A DNA stretch of 64,000 bases from NCBI GenBank assembly GCA_963828525.1, contig CAWHEP010000002.1:64001-128000 (forward strand), in the 5' to 3' direction. Source of the DNA: an uncultured Verrucomicrobiae bacterium. GTDB lineage: Bacteria; Verrucomicrobiota; Verrucomicrobiia; Chthoniobacterales; Chthoniobacteraceae. Shown here piece after piece: positions 54,982 through 64,000 of this stretch (position 1 is the first letter of the stretch; every line of letters starts with the position of its first letter). The position numbers and the translations under genes were made by a program. Under the pieces are notes generated by a model. That model did not search any database. It saw only the letters and a program-made list of their open reading frames with translations, and was not told the DNA's origin.

Positions 54982-56451
54982 GAGACTGTTGAAAAACGCC
55001 TCGTTTTGCAACGGGTGCTTGGTGTAAAAATGGAGTCGTGTTTGAACAACGACGGAAGAAAGAAAAGCAGTCGGAGTTCTGGATAGCGACGAGCCAGTTG
55101 CCGAAGGCGACGCCAAGCCGCTTCTATGAGCTTGTAGACCGAAAGTTGGAAGAGATCGGCTTTGCTGAGAGGGTATATGAATTGTGCAAGCCCGCTTATG
55201 CAGACGTATCCAAGGGAGGGCGGCCGGGCATTGATCCGGTTGTCTATCTAAAGATGCTGATGGTCGGCTTCTTCGAGGGGTTGGAAAGCGAGCGTGCGAT
55301 CTCGTCGCGCTGCGCCGATTCGTTGAGCGCCCGCGGCTTTCTGGGATACAGCCTGAGCGAGCCAACGCCTGAGCATTCGAGCCTGACGGTGATCCGGCAG
55401 CGCCTCGGAGTGGATATTTACCAAGGGGTGTTCGAATTGATCCTGGAGGCGATGCGCGCCCAAGGGCTTCTGAAAGGTCGCAATCTGGGGATAGACAGCA
55501 GCGTGATTGAGGCCAACGCCAGCCTGCGGAGCCTCGTCAGCCGCAACACGGAAGAGGCTTACTGGGAGTATGTGAAGCGCCTGGCCAAAGACGCCGGAGT
55601 GGACGAGCAAGACGCGGCAGCGGTTCGCCGCTTTGACATGAAGCGCCCGGGGCGCAAGACAAGTAACAAGGATTGGGTGAACCCGCACGACCCTGACGCG
55701 AAGGTGGGCAAGACCAAGGACGGCGCGACGGACATGACCTACAAGCCCGAACACACGGTGGACTTGGACACCGGGATCATCGTGCAGGCAGAGATCATGC
55801 TAGGCGATCAGGCCGACACGGAGGACTTGAGCGGAAAGGTTTTGGACGCAGTGGCGACGCTGCACACGATAATCCCGGCGATTAAGATCAAGAAGCCCGG
55901 CGTCAGCATCACGGCGGACAAGGGGTATTTCGCGGTCGATGAGTCGGGGACTTGCAAGAGTGCGCGATAAGGACTGTCATCACTGACCCGCATCGCAACC
56001 GGCGTTGCGGGGACCTGCCTGACTCCAAGCGCGCCGTGCTGCGAAGCGCGCGATGCCGGTGAAGAGCAAATCCGAGAAAGAGCCTGCTGGGCAAGAGGCC
56101 AGGATATTGAGCGAAGCTTTGAGCACGTTCTGGATTGCGGCGGGCTGCGGCGAGCCACGTTGCGGGGCCGCGAGAACCTTAGCAAACGTCACAAGATGGC
56201 GGCGGCGTTTTACAATTTATCGCAGTTGCTGCGCGCCGTTCACGGAATTGGCACTCCCAGCAGTGGATTGCAGCCGGAAGGGGGGCTGTTGTGCGCCTTT
56301 GTGCTCTGCTATGGAGCATCCTTGCAGAACCAACAGGCCTACGTCGCAACAAATCACAGATCCCAGCCCTTAGGCTCGCGATTCGTCCCGAACTTTCTCA
56401 TTTTCCATTCCGTTTGGCGATTCTCGAAAACTCGGCTTGTTCAACAGTCTG
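54982..56451 (+). mobile_element. IS1182-family insertion sequence, copy 1 (transposase from 55038, frameshifted in the 3' part)
   Basis: Ends GAGACTGTTGAA / TTCAACAGTCTG, flanked by TTAG. GGRPGIDPVVYLKMLMVGFFEG..SER (DUF772-like), IDSS, TADKGY, IERSF. Confidence 0.9.
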
Positions 56452-56455
56452 TTAG

Positions 56456-57909
56456 GAGACTGTTGAAAAACGCCTCGTTTTGCAACGGGTGCTTGGTGTA
56501 AAAATGGAGTCGTGTTTGAACAACGACGGAAGAAAGAAAAGCAGTCGGAGTTCTGGATAGCGACGAGCCAGTTGCCGAAGGCGACGCCAAGCCGCTTCTA
56601 TGAGCTTGTAGAGAAGTTGGAAGAGATCGGCTTTGCTGAGAGGGTATATGAATTGTGCAAGCGCTTATGCAGACGTATCCAAGGGAGGGCAGGCATTGAT
56701 CCGGTTGTCTATCTAAAGATGCTGATGGTCGGCTTCTTCGAGGGGTTGGAAAGCGAGCGTGCGATCTCGTCGCGATGCGCCGACGTGAGCGCCGGGCTTT
56801 CTGGATACAGCCTGAGCGAGCCAACGCCTGAGCATTCGAGCCTGACGGTGATCCGGCAGCGCCTCGGAGTGGATATTTACCAAGGGGTGTTCGAATTGAT
56901 GCTGGATGGGATGTGCGACCGAGAGATTTGAAAGGTCGCAATCTGGGGATAGACAGCAGCGTGATTGAGGCCAACGCCAGCCTGCGGAGCCTCGTCAGCC
57001 GCAACACGGAAGAGGCTTACTGGGAGTATGTGAAGCGCCTGGCCAAAGACGCCGGAGTGGACGAGCAAGACGCGGCAGCGGTTCGCCGCTTTGACATGAA
57101 GCGCCCGGGGCGCAAGACAAGTAACAAGGATTGGGTGAACCCGCACGACCCTGACGCGAAGGTGGGCAAGACAAGGACGGCGCGACGGACATGACCTACA
57201 AGCCCGAACACACGGTGGATGTGGACACCGGGATCATCGTGCAGGCAGAGATCATGCTAGGCGATCAGGCGACACGGAGGACTTGAGCGGAAAGGTTTTG
57301 GACGCAGTGGCGACGCTGCACACGATAATCCCGGCGATTGAGATCAAGAAGCCCGGCGTGAGCAACTCGGCGACAAGGGGTATTTCGCGGTCGATGAAGT
57401 GGGGGACTTGCAAGAGTACGCGATAAGGACTGTCATCACTGACCCGCATCGCAACCGGCGTTGCGGGCACCTGCCTGACCCAAGCGCGCCGTGCTGCGAA
57501 GCGCGCGATGCGCGGTGAAGAGCAAATCCGGAAAGAGCCTGCTGCGCAGACGAGGCCAGCATATTGAGCGAAGCTTTGAGCACGTTCTGGATTGCGGCGG
57601 GCTGCGGCGAGCCACGTTGCGGGGCCGCGAGAACCTTAGCAAACGTCACAAGATGGCGGCGGCGTTTTACAATTTATCGCAGTTGCTGCGCGCCGTTCAC
57701 GGAATTGGCACTCCCAAGCAGTGGATTGCAGCCGGAAGGGGGGCTGTTGTGCGCCTTTGTGCTCTGCTATGGAGCATCCTTGCAGAACCAACAGGCCTAC
57801 GTCGCAACAAATCACAGATCCCAGCCCTTAGGCTCGCGATTCGTCCCAAACTTTCTCATTTTCCATTCCGTTTGGCGACTCTCGAAAACTCGGCTTGTTC
57901 AACAGTCTG
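56456..57909 (+). mobile_element. IS1182-family insertion sequence, tandem copy 2
   Basis: Near-identical to copy 1 with different indels. Separated from copy 1 only by TTAG and followed by TTAG. Confidence 0.85.
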
Positions 57910-58747
57910 TTAGGAAGCCAGGCATGAGTCAATTTCTCTAGTTCCTCAAAGTGGCGCGGGTTCCCAGGACTACCGATCAAATTGAAAGCAATTTTATCGG
58001 GCCAGAGCTGTATGCCTACGTGTTTTTTGTCGTCGAGTTTCTTCCAGAACGTCTGTCGTTACGGTCATTGTCTGCCGAGCCGGGTCTAAGACGGGCATAC
58101 CGTTGCTTTCAGTGACTGCCAGCCTCCACTCAGTCACGCTCTCACTGTGAGGAAAATCCTTCTTCACCATGGACTGCCACGCTTCGGCAGCGAGTTGAAA
58201 TCGTTCTTCTGTCAGATCCACGTGGGCCACCAGCGCCCTTTCAATGATTGGCGGATTCTCGTATTTCGTCATAGAGGTGTGTGCCAACGGTGGAATTCTT
58301 TCCGATAGAGACGCGTAGTCAAGCTTTGTCCGTAAACTGCGCTAACGCGACGTCTAACCCACTTTGGCGCATCCACCGACCACAGAGCGAAGAGGAGTTT
58401 AACCGAGCTTCTAGGCGAATAAACGGCTCGCAAAGGTCAGGGTGAAGAAAGCTAAATGCTCAATGCCGTAACGCTCGATAGGCAAGCGGACGTTCTCCTT
58501 GAGACATGCCTCGGGCTTGTAAGCGCTTTGGCGACTGGAACCGAGGTGGGCTTTCCCTCATGCAGCGAAGCATGGTTTGAACATCTCCGGTTGAATTTTC
58601 ACTGCTTAGACAAGGAACGGGCGGGGCACTCGCTGGCTCTAATTCGCCCTTTGCCGGATTTGGAGAAAACAGCGCCCTCCACTACGTTTTTTGCTGCGCA
58701 GGATGCCGGATGCTGTGAAAGTAGCTAGGAGTCAGCTACTCCAAGAA

Positions 58748-58823
<76 letters not shown>

Positions 58824-59016
58824 GTGCTCATGAGCCTTGCGGCGGAAGGTTTATTTACACCAGAGGGGGCGCTTCGCAATCCTAAATAACGATTCCGTGA
58901 CCGCGCGGAAGCATCAGGTCGTCGCCCATGGCCTTCGCGCCAACTCGCGCCACCCGTCGCCTGCGAATCCCATGGTTGACCATTGCTTCCCGCCTGCCGA
59001 TGTTCTCTTTCTGAAT

Positions 59017-59832
59017 ATGACCGACACAGGATTGACCCCTCAGGAGGGCTGGCACGTTCTGCATCTTTTTTACAAAATCGATTACGGGCAGTGGCAGCTT
59101 TTCACACAGCCCGAACAGTTGCGCGCCAAGACGGATCTCTCTTCCCTGGTGCAGGAGATTCGGGCGACTCCTTCCACGCAACTGCTGGTTCTCAGCATGG
59201 TCTCGCCCAAGGCCGATCTCGGTTTCATGCTGCTCACGCCCGACCTCCATGTGTTGAACCAGTTCGAGAAAAAGCTAAGTCAGGCGCTCGGGCCGGATGT
59301 CTGCACCTCGGTATTCAGCTACCTTTCCATGACGGAACGGAGCGAATACACCACCAGCGACGAGGAGTTCGTCGAATCTCTGCGCGTGGAAAAGGGTTTT
59401 GAGCCTGGATCGCCCGACTCCGAAGCGGCCTTGGGTGAGTTCCGCGCCCGGATGACGAAATATCTGAAGGATCGCCTTTACCCGAATCTCCCCGACTGGC
59501 CCGTGGTCTGTTTTTACCCGATGAACAAACGCCGGGGGGAGCACAAGAACTGGTATGCTCTCCCATTCGCCGACCGCAAGCGCCTGATGGCGGGTCACGC
59601 AAAGATCGGGCGAACATGGCACGGAAAAATCCTCCAGTTGATCACCGGGGCGACCGGGCTGGATGATGGAGAGTGGGGCGTCACGTTGTTTTCGCGCGAC
59701 ACCTTCCATGTGAAGGGTATCGTCTATGAAATGCGATTCGATGCCGTGAGCGCGGACTACGGGGAATTTGGCGAATTCTATGTCGGGCTCCAGGTTCCGC
59801 TCGACGAGCTGTTCCGCCGCCTTCTCCTGTAA
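59017..59832 (+). CDS. hemQ: Coproheme decarboxylase / chlorite dismutase family (HemQ/ChdC)
   Basis: EGWHVLHLFY, SYLSMTE.SEY, CFYPMNKRR..NWY, HAKIGR, GLDDGEWGVTL, VYEMRFD..SA.YGEFG. Confidence 0.85.
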   Translation: MTDTGLTPQEGWHVLHLFYKIDYGQWQLFTQPEQLRAKTDLSSLVQEIRATPSTQLLVLSMVSPKADLGFMLLTPDLHVLNQFEKKLSQALGPDVCTSVFSYLSMTERSEYTTSDEEFVESLRVEKGFEPGSPDSEAALGEFRARMTKYLKDRLYPNLPDWPVVCFYPMNKRRGEHKNWYALPFADRKRLMAGHAKIGRTWHGKILQLITGATGLDDGEWGVTLFSRDTFHVKGIVYEMRFDAVSADYGEFGEFYVGLQVPLDELFRRLLL

Positions 59833-59857
59833 ACGCCGTGCCAATGAGATCTTCGCG

Positions 59858-60634
59858 ATGACAAAGATTGACCAACTGCGCGAGAATCTTCGCTCCAGGG
59901 CGCCTTTGGTGATCGCATACTCAGGTGGCGCGGACAGCGCGTTTCTCCTGGCCGTCGCGCGCGAGGCGCTCGGGGAGCGCATGCTCGGAGTCATCGCGGA
60001 CAGCCCCAGCTTGCCGAGGCAGGCGCTTGCGGACGCGCTCGATCTCGCCCGCTCCATCTCCGCTCCCGTGGAGGTCATCCGGACGGAAGAAATGAACGAT
60101 GAGAACTACGTCAGCAACCCGATGAACCGGTGTTATTTCTGCAAGGCGGAACTGTTCGTGAAGCTGGATCAACTGGCGCGGGATCGTGGATTCGCGGCGA
60201 TCGTGTACGGGGAAAACGCGGACGACGCCGGTCATTTCCGTCCGGGGGTGAAAGCCGCCGCTGAATTCTCCGTCCTCGCTCCTCTCAAAGAGGCTGGCCT
60301 TACGAAGATGGAAATCCGCGAGCTCTCCCGCGGCATGGGTTTGCCCACCGCGGATAATCCCTCGCAGCCCTGCCTCAGCTCGCGCATCCCGCACGGCACT
60401 CCTGTAACCCGGGAAGCCCTTTCCATGGTCGAGCGCGGAGAAGCCCTCGTGCGCAGTCTGGGCTTTCGGGTATTCCGGGTGCGGCACCTTTCTAATTCGC
60501 GGGCGCGTGTGCAGATCGCGCCTGAGGAAATGGGCGGGCTTCCCGGCGCGCGGCATTCCCTTGAGACAGGCCTCGCGGCTGTGGGATACGCCAGCGTCGA
60601 GATCGACCCCGCCGGGTACCGCTCACCGGCTTAA
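59858..60634 (+). CDS. larE: ATP-dependent sulfur transferase, LarE family
   Basis: AYSGGADS PP-loop, NRCYFCK, RPG..AA, PSQPCLSSRIP, FRVRH. Confidence 0.9.
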   Translation: MTKIDQLRENLRSRAPLVIAYSGGADSAFLLAVAREALGERMLGVIADSPSLPRQALADALDLARSISAPVEVIRTEEMNDENYVSNPMNRCYFCKAELFVKLDQLARDRGFAAIVYGENADDAGHFRPGVKAAAEFSVLAPLKEAGLTKMEIRELSRGMGLPTADNPSQPCLSSRIPHGTPVTREALSMVERGEALVRSLGFRVFRVRHLSNSRARVQIAPEEMGGLPGARHSLETGLAAVGYASVEIDPAGYRSPA

Positions 60635-60646
60635 GCCCCGCGCTCT

Positions 60647-61309
60647 ATGTGGAGGCGGCGCACACCAGGTCGCGCGCTGGCGCGTTCAGCCCGCCCGCAA
60701 ATACCCCCCGCCCTCAAGGCGCATTTCGCGAGCCATAACAGGCAGGTAATCCTCCTTGCGATTGCCGCCCTGGTTGCGGCGCTCGCATTCTGGATCCTCC
60801 TCTACATTTTCGTGGAAGCGATCGCGATGGTTGCCTTCACGGTGTCGTCCGGCGCCGAACCGCATTCAGCTTCCACCCTCAAGCTCGGCTACATCGCGGC
60901 CGCGTGTTTCGTCTGCGCCCTGGTCTTCATCACGCAGCGGTTCTCGCGAGCGAGGATGCCGCGTGATCACATCTCTCTCGGCGCGGCGCTCTCCGACCTT
61001 TTCCTCATGCTGCCGCGCATGACCGTCTTTGTCTGGAATGGCCTGCGCGCGTGGCAGCGTCTCGATGCCCGTGAGATGCGGCTCGCGTGGCGTGTACTCC
61101 AGCGCGTGGAACAGGAGCGGCGGGTCAGCCTTTCAAGCCTGCCGCAGGATATTCCCGATACCCGCCTTCGCGAGAAAGTTGTGATCGCCCTGCAACTTGT
61201 GGAACTCGTCGAGATTCATCCCGGCGAGCAGGGTTTCTACATGCGTTTTACCAACGACAAGGCTCGCGCGTTATGCCAGCAACTCGTCCGCATAGCCGTG
61301 GAATCATAG
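60647..61309 (+). CDS. Hypothetical membrane protein
   Basis: Three hydrophobic segments followed by a soluble C-terminal part. Confidence 0.65.
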   Translation: MWRRRTPGRALARSARPQIPPALKAHFASHNRQVILLAIAALVAALAFWILLYIFVEAIAMVAFTVSSGAEPHSASTLKLGYIAAACFVCALVFITQRFSRARMPRDHISLGAALSDLFLMLPRMTVFVWNGLRAWQRLDAREMRLAWRVLQRVEQERRVSLSSLPQDIPDTRLREKVVIALQLVELVEIHPGEQGFYMRFTNDKARALCQQLVRIAVES

Positions 61310-61367
61310 TCGAACGAGGGAAAATCATTTGCCAGAGCGCAAAGGATAAGCAACGCTCGACGCATCC

Positions 61368-61823
61368 ATGAAGCCCGCGCGTTCCACACCCCTCTGTCTG
61401 TCCATAATCACTCTTCTTGTCATCACGCCGCTGATGTCTGTCTCCCGCGCGGCGGATACCGAGAAACCCGAGACCGAGCTGGCTCGCGAGATGAAGGGGA
61501 TGAGCAAGGATTTCAAGACGTTGAAAAAGCAAATTTCCGACCCTTCCCAAAAGGCGTCTTCCCTTGCCCTGATCGCCGATATGGAGAAACACGCGAAGGC
61601 CGCCCGGGAACTTACTCCGGCAAACACGGCCAAGGTTCCAGAAGCGGATAAGGCAAAATGGATGGCGGATTACAAGAAGCAGATAGACGATCTCATCGCC
61701 ACCTACGACAAGCTGGAAGCAGCGGTATCCGCCGACAAGACCGCCGACGCGGCGGACATCATGACCAAGGCCCTGTCCCAGAAACGGGATGGGCACGAAG
61801 AGTTCGCCAAGGAAGAGAAATAG
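61368..61823 (+). CDS. Cytochrome b562-like four-helix bundle protein
   Basis: Signal peptide, N-terminal EMKGM (Met ligand) and C-terminal RDGHEEF (His ligand). Confidence 0.75.
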   Translation: MKPARSTPLCLSIITLLVITPLMSVSRAADTEKPETELAREMKGMSKDFKTLKKQISDPSQKASSLALIADMEKHAKAARELTPANTAKVPEADKAKWMADYKKQIDDLIATYDKLEAAVSADKTADAADIMTKALSQKRDGHEEFAKEEK

Positions 61824-61961
61824 GGCTGCTGGCGCTTTCCTTCGCGGCCAATGCCATAGGCGGGAGCATCCGGGGCCGGACTTGATTCCGGCAGATTCTC
61901 CCCGATTATATCCCTTAGCGCCCAGCGAGGATGATCTTGCGGGCTTACGGAACCCGTCTGA

Positions 61962-63011
61962 ATGGAACAGCTACAGCTACTTGGTGTCGCGTTGGGGTTG
62001 GCAAGTCTCTCCGGCATCAACCTTTACCTGACCGTCTTTGCGACCGGGCTGGCGATCGGCCAGCACTGGATAACGCTTTTACCACAATACTCCGGGCTGG
62101 CTGTTCTAGGTGAGCCGACCATCGTCGCCATCGCGGGCGTTCTTTACTTCATCCAATTCTTTGCGGACAAAGTGCCGTGGGTGGATTCGATGTGGGATTC
62201 GCTACACACCGTCATTCGCCCAATAGGCGGCGCGCTGCTCGCAACCCGCGTCCTGGGGCCGGCGAACCCCGTCTTTGATGTGCTGGTTGCCCTTCTCGCC
62301 GGTGGCGCCGCCCTCATGACGCACGGCGTAAAGGCTGGCGCGCGCCTGGTTGCGAACGGGTCGCCCGAACCGTTCTCAAATATCGCCCTTAGCGTCACTG
62401 AAGATGCCAGCGTGATCGGCGGCCTGGCGTTGATCCATTACAATCCCATCATCGCGCTCGCGTTTTTCTCGCTGGTCCTGTCTTCCATCTGCTATCTGGC
62501 GCCACGCATCTTCCGTAAACTGCGCGTCACGCTTTGGCTCGTATGGAAAAAGCTGAACGCCCCCGCGTCCAATGGCTCGGACGTCGTTTTGCCCCATGCT
62601 CTTCCACCCGATCACGACATCCTTTTCGCGCGCGTGAACGAGGCTGCCGAACCCATCCTGTGGGCGGTTCCTTGCATCAGCTCCTCGACGAAACTGTTTC
62701 CGGGCAATGTCTCTGGATACCTCGTCGCCACCACGGGAGATTCACGGCAGCTTCACTTCGTGGCGAAACACGGCTTTTCTGGCATTGCCAAAACGATGGA
62801 GTTGAGCAACTACAAAGTCGCTCGCGAGCCCCGATTTTTGAGCGAAGATTTCGTCCTCTACAGCTTGGATAAGCGGCCAAAGTTTGTGTTCCTGCTGGAT
62901 CGAACACGCGCGGCTTTTGTGAAGAGAATGGTGGAATCTTTCGCGGCCCGGCTCGCTCCCCCGATCGTTCCCGTCCCGGAACCAGCCGCTCTGGCCTCCG
63001 TCGCGGCTTGA
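61962..63011 (+). CDS. DUF4126 family membrane protein
   Basis: SGINLYL, FFADKVPWVDSMWD, RPIGGA, SPEPFSNIALS..ED. Confidence 0.85.
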   Translation: MEQLQLLGVALGLASLSGINLYLTVFATGLAIGQHWITLLPQYSGLAVLGEPTIVAIAGVLYFIQFFADKVPWVDSMWDSLHTVIRPIGGALLATRVLGPANPVFDVLVALLAGGAALMTHGVKAGARLVANGSPEPFSNIALSVTEDASVIGGLALIHYNPIIALAFFSLVLSSICYLAPRIFRKLRVTLWLVWKKLNAPASNGSDVVLPHALPPDHDILFARVNEAAEPILWAVPCISSSTKLFPGNVSGYLVATTGDSRQLHFVAKHGFSGIAKTMELSNYKVAREPRFLSEDFVLYSLDKRPKFVFLLDRTRAAFVKRMVESFAARLAPPIVPVPEPAALASVAA

Positions 63012-63067
63012 TGTGCCGAGTCGAATAGACTTGAGGCTCCTTTGAAGCGCCTTAGACTTCTACCCCT

Positions 63068-63928
63068 ATGACTGACATGAATGAATACGCTCACCCCGAA
63101 GTGCTGGTGAGCACGGATTGGCTCGCGAAACACGGCTCGGATCCTGGCATCCGCATCGTGGAGAGCAATGAGGATGTCCTGCTTTACGACACGGGGCACA
63201 TCGCCGGAGCCGTCCACATCGACTGGCGCTCAGATCTTCAGGATAACCTTGTTCGCGATTACATCACGCCCGAAGCCTTTGCCGAACTTTGTGAACGCAA
63301 CGGCATCACACCAGAGACCACGTGCGTCTTCTATGGCGATAAGTCGAACTGGTGGGCCTGCTACGCTCTCTGGGCGTTTCGCCTTTTCGGTCATCGAAAC
63401 GTCAAGGTTCTGGATGGCGGGCGCGACAAATGGATTGCTGAAGGCCGGGCTTTGACACGGGAAAAGGCCTCATACCCCTCCGCCAGCTATCCCGTTCCCG
63501 CGCGCCGATGTGACGACGAGATTCGCGCCTTCTTCGACGAGGCCCTCGCGCAGAGCACCGGCAAGAAGCCCTTGGTGGATGTGCGCTCGCCCGGCGAGTT
63601 TAAAGGAGACGTGACGCACATGCCAGAGTATCCGCAGGAAGGAGTCTTGCGAGGAGGCCACATCCCGGGGGCGAAGAGCGTGCCCTGGAAACGCGCCTGC
63701 AACGAGGATGGCACTTTCAAGGATGCAAAAGCTCTCAGCGCCTTGTACAAAGGGGAGGTCGGACTCAAAAAAGGCGATGACATCATCGCTTACTGCCGCA
63801 TCGGGGAGCGTTCCAGCCATACCTGGTTTGTGCTCAGCTACCTTCTCGGCTTCAATAATGTGCGCAACTACGACGGCTCATGGACGGAATGGGGCAACCG
63901 GGTGCGGGCGCCCATCGAGCGAAGTTGA
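63068..63928 (+). CDS. Tandem-domain rhodanese / thiosulfate sulfurtransferase
   Basis: [42 protein letters not shown]. Confidence 0.95.
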   Translation: MTDMNEYAHPEVLVSTDWLAKHGSDPGIRIVESNEDVLLYDTGHIAGAVHIDWRSDLQDNLVRDYITPEAFAELCERNGITPETTCVFYGDKSNWWACYALWAFRLFGHRNVKVLDGGRDKWIAEGRALTREKASYPSASYPVPARRCDDEIRAFFDEALAQSTGKKPLVDVRSPGEFKGDVTHMPEYPQEGVLRGGHIPGAKSVPWKRACNEDGTFKDAKALSALYKGEVGLKKGDDIIAYCRIGERSSHTWFVLSYLLGFNNVRNYDGSWTEWGNRVRAPIERS

Positions 63929-64000
63929 ACGAGGTTCCCAGCGCCGGCGACGGCCAGCCACTGCCGGGCAAGCTTCAGAGCATCGTCTCCCTGTTTGAGT

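Larger units (their letters stand above)
54529..58272 (-). pseudogene. TIGR04255-like protein interrupted by the IS dimer
   Basis: MTKYENPPIIER N-terminus. Removing the IS pair and extra TTAG copies restores HAWLP|KWADHFGVTNFTGVSLQYVN. C-terminus CHDLILKEFEAFFSEKAKKSF. Additional frameshifts present. Confidence 0.65.

Noticed and set aside
58273..58747. Possible integrase or att site beside tRNA-Phe
   Set aside because: No tyrosine or serine recombinase motif was found, and I saw no second copy of the tRNA 3' end in the window.

Overview
GC-rich bacterial DNA. The repeat types, secreted-protein architectures and gene content suggest Verrucomicrobiota, probably Chthoniobacterales-like (inference). 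The housekeeping backbone is ruvA, a tail-specific protease, class IV aminotransferase, an NtrC-type regulator, uppS, purA, rplM-rpsI, an RND pump, aldo/keto reductase, gnd, pgsA, wzc/wza, an LpxH-like gene, a CheB/CheR-PAS kinase cluster, GH106, GreA/B, a DmeF-like exporter, tRNA-Phe, HemQ/ChdC, LarE, cytochrome b562, DUF4126 and a rhodanese. A >2060-aa secreted GH53+GH5 multi-Ig protein (6180 to <1, minus strand) is missing from the ORF track because it runs off the window. There are three accessory zones. (1) About 6.3-13.8 kb: a decayed HUH/RAYT transposase system with seven copies of a GGGGTCAG..TTGACA inverted-repeat site, two near-identical ~735-bp non-autonomous elements without target duplication, a deaminase-HATPase_c_4-wHTH gene and an AbiEi remnant. 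(2) About 22.9-23.8 kb: kinase and IS1 remnants. (3) About 51.6-58.7 kb, beside tRNA-Phe: a coupled three-gene operon (TIGR04255-like, unknown, Cys-tailed ComEC-like MBL) split by a tandem IS1182-family dimer. A 261-bp MITE at 36.8 kb shares ends with that IS. An aromatic-rich ~118-aa C-terminal domain is shared by two unrelated proteins. Many single-base frameshifts suggest an imperfectly polished long-read assembly. All family names come from motif recognition by eye, not from database searches.
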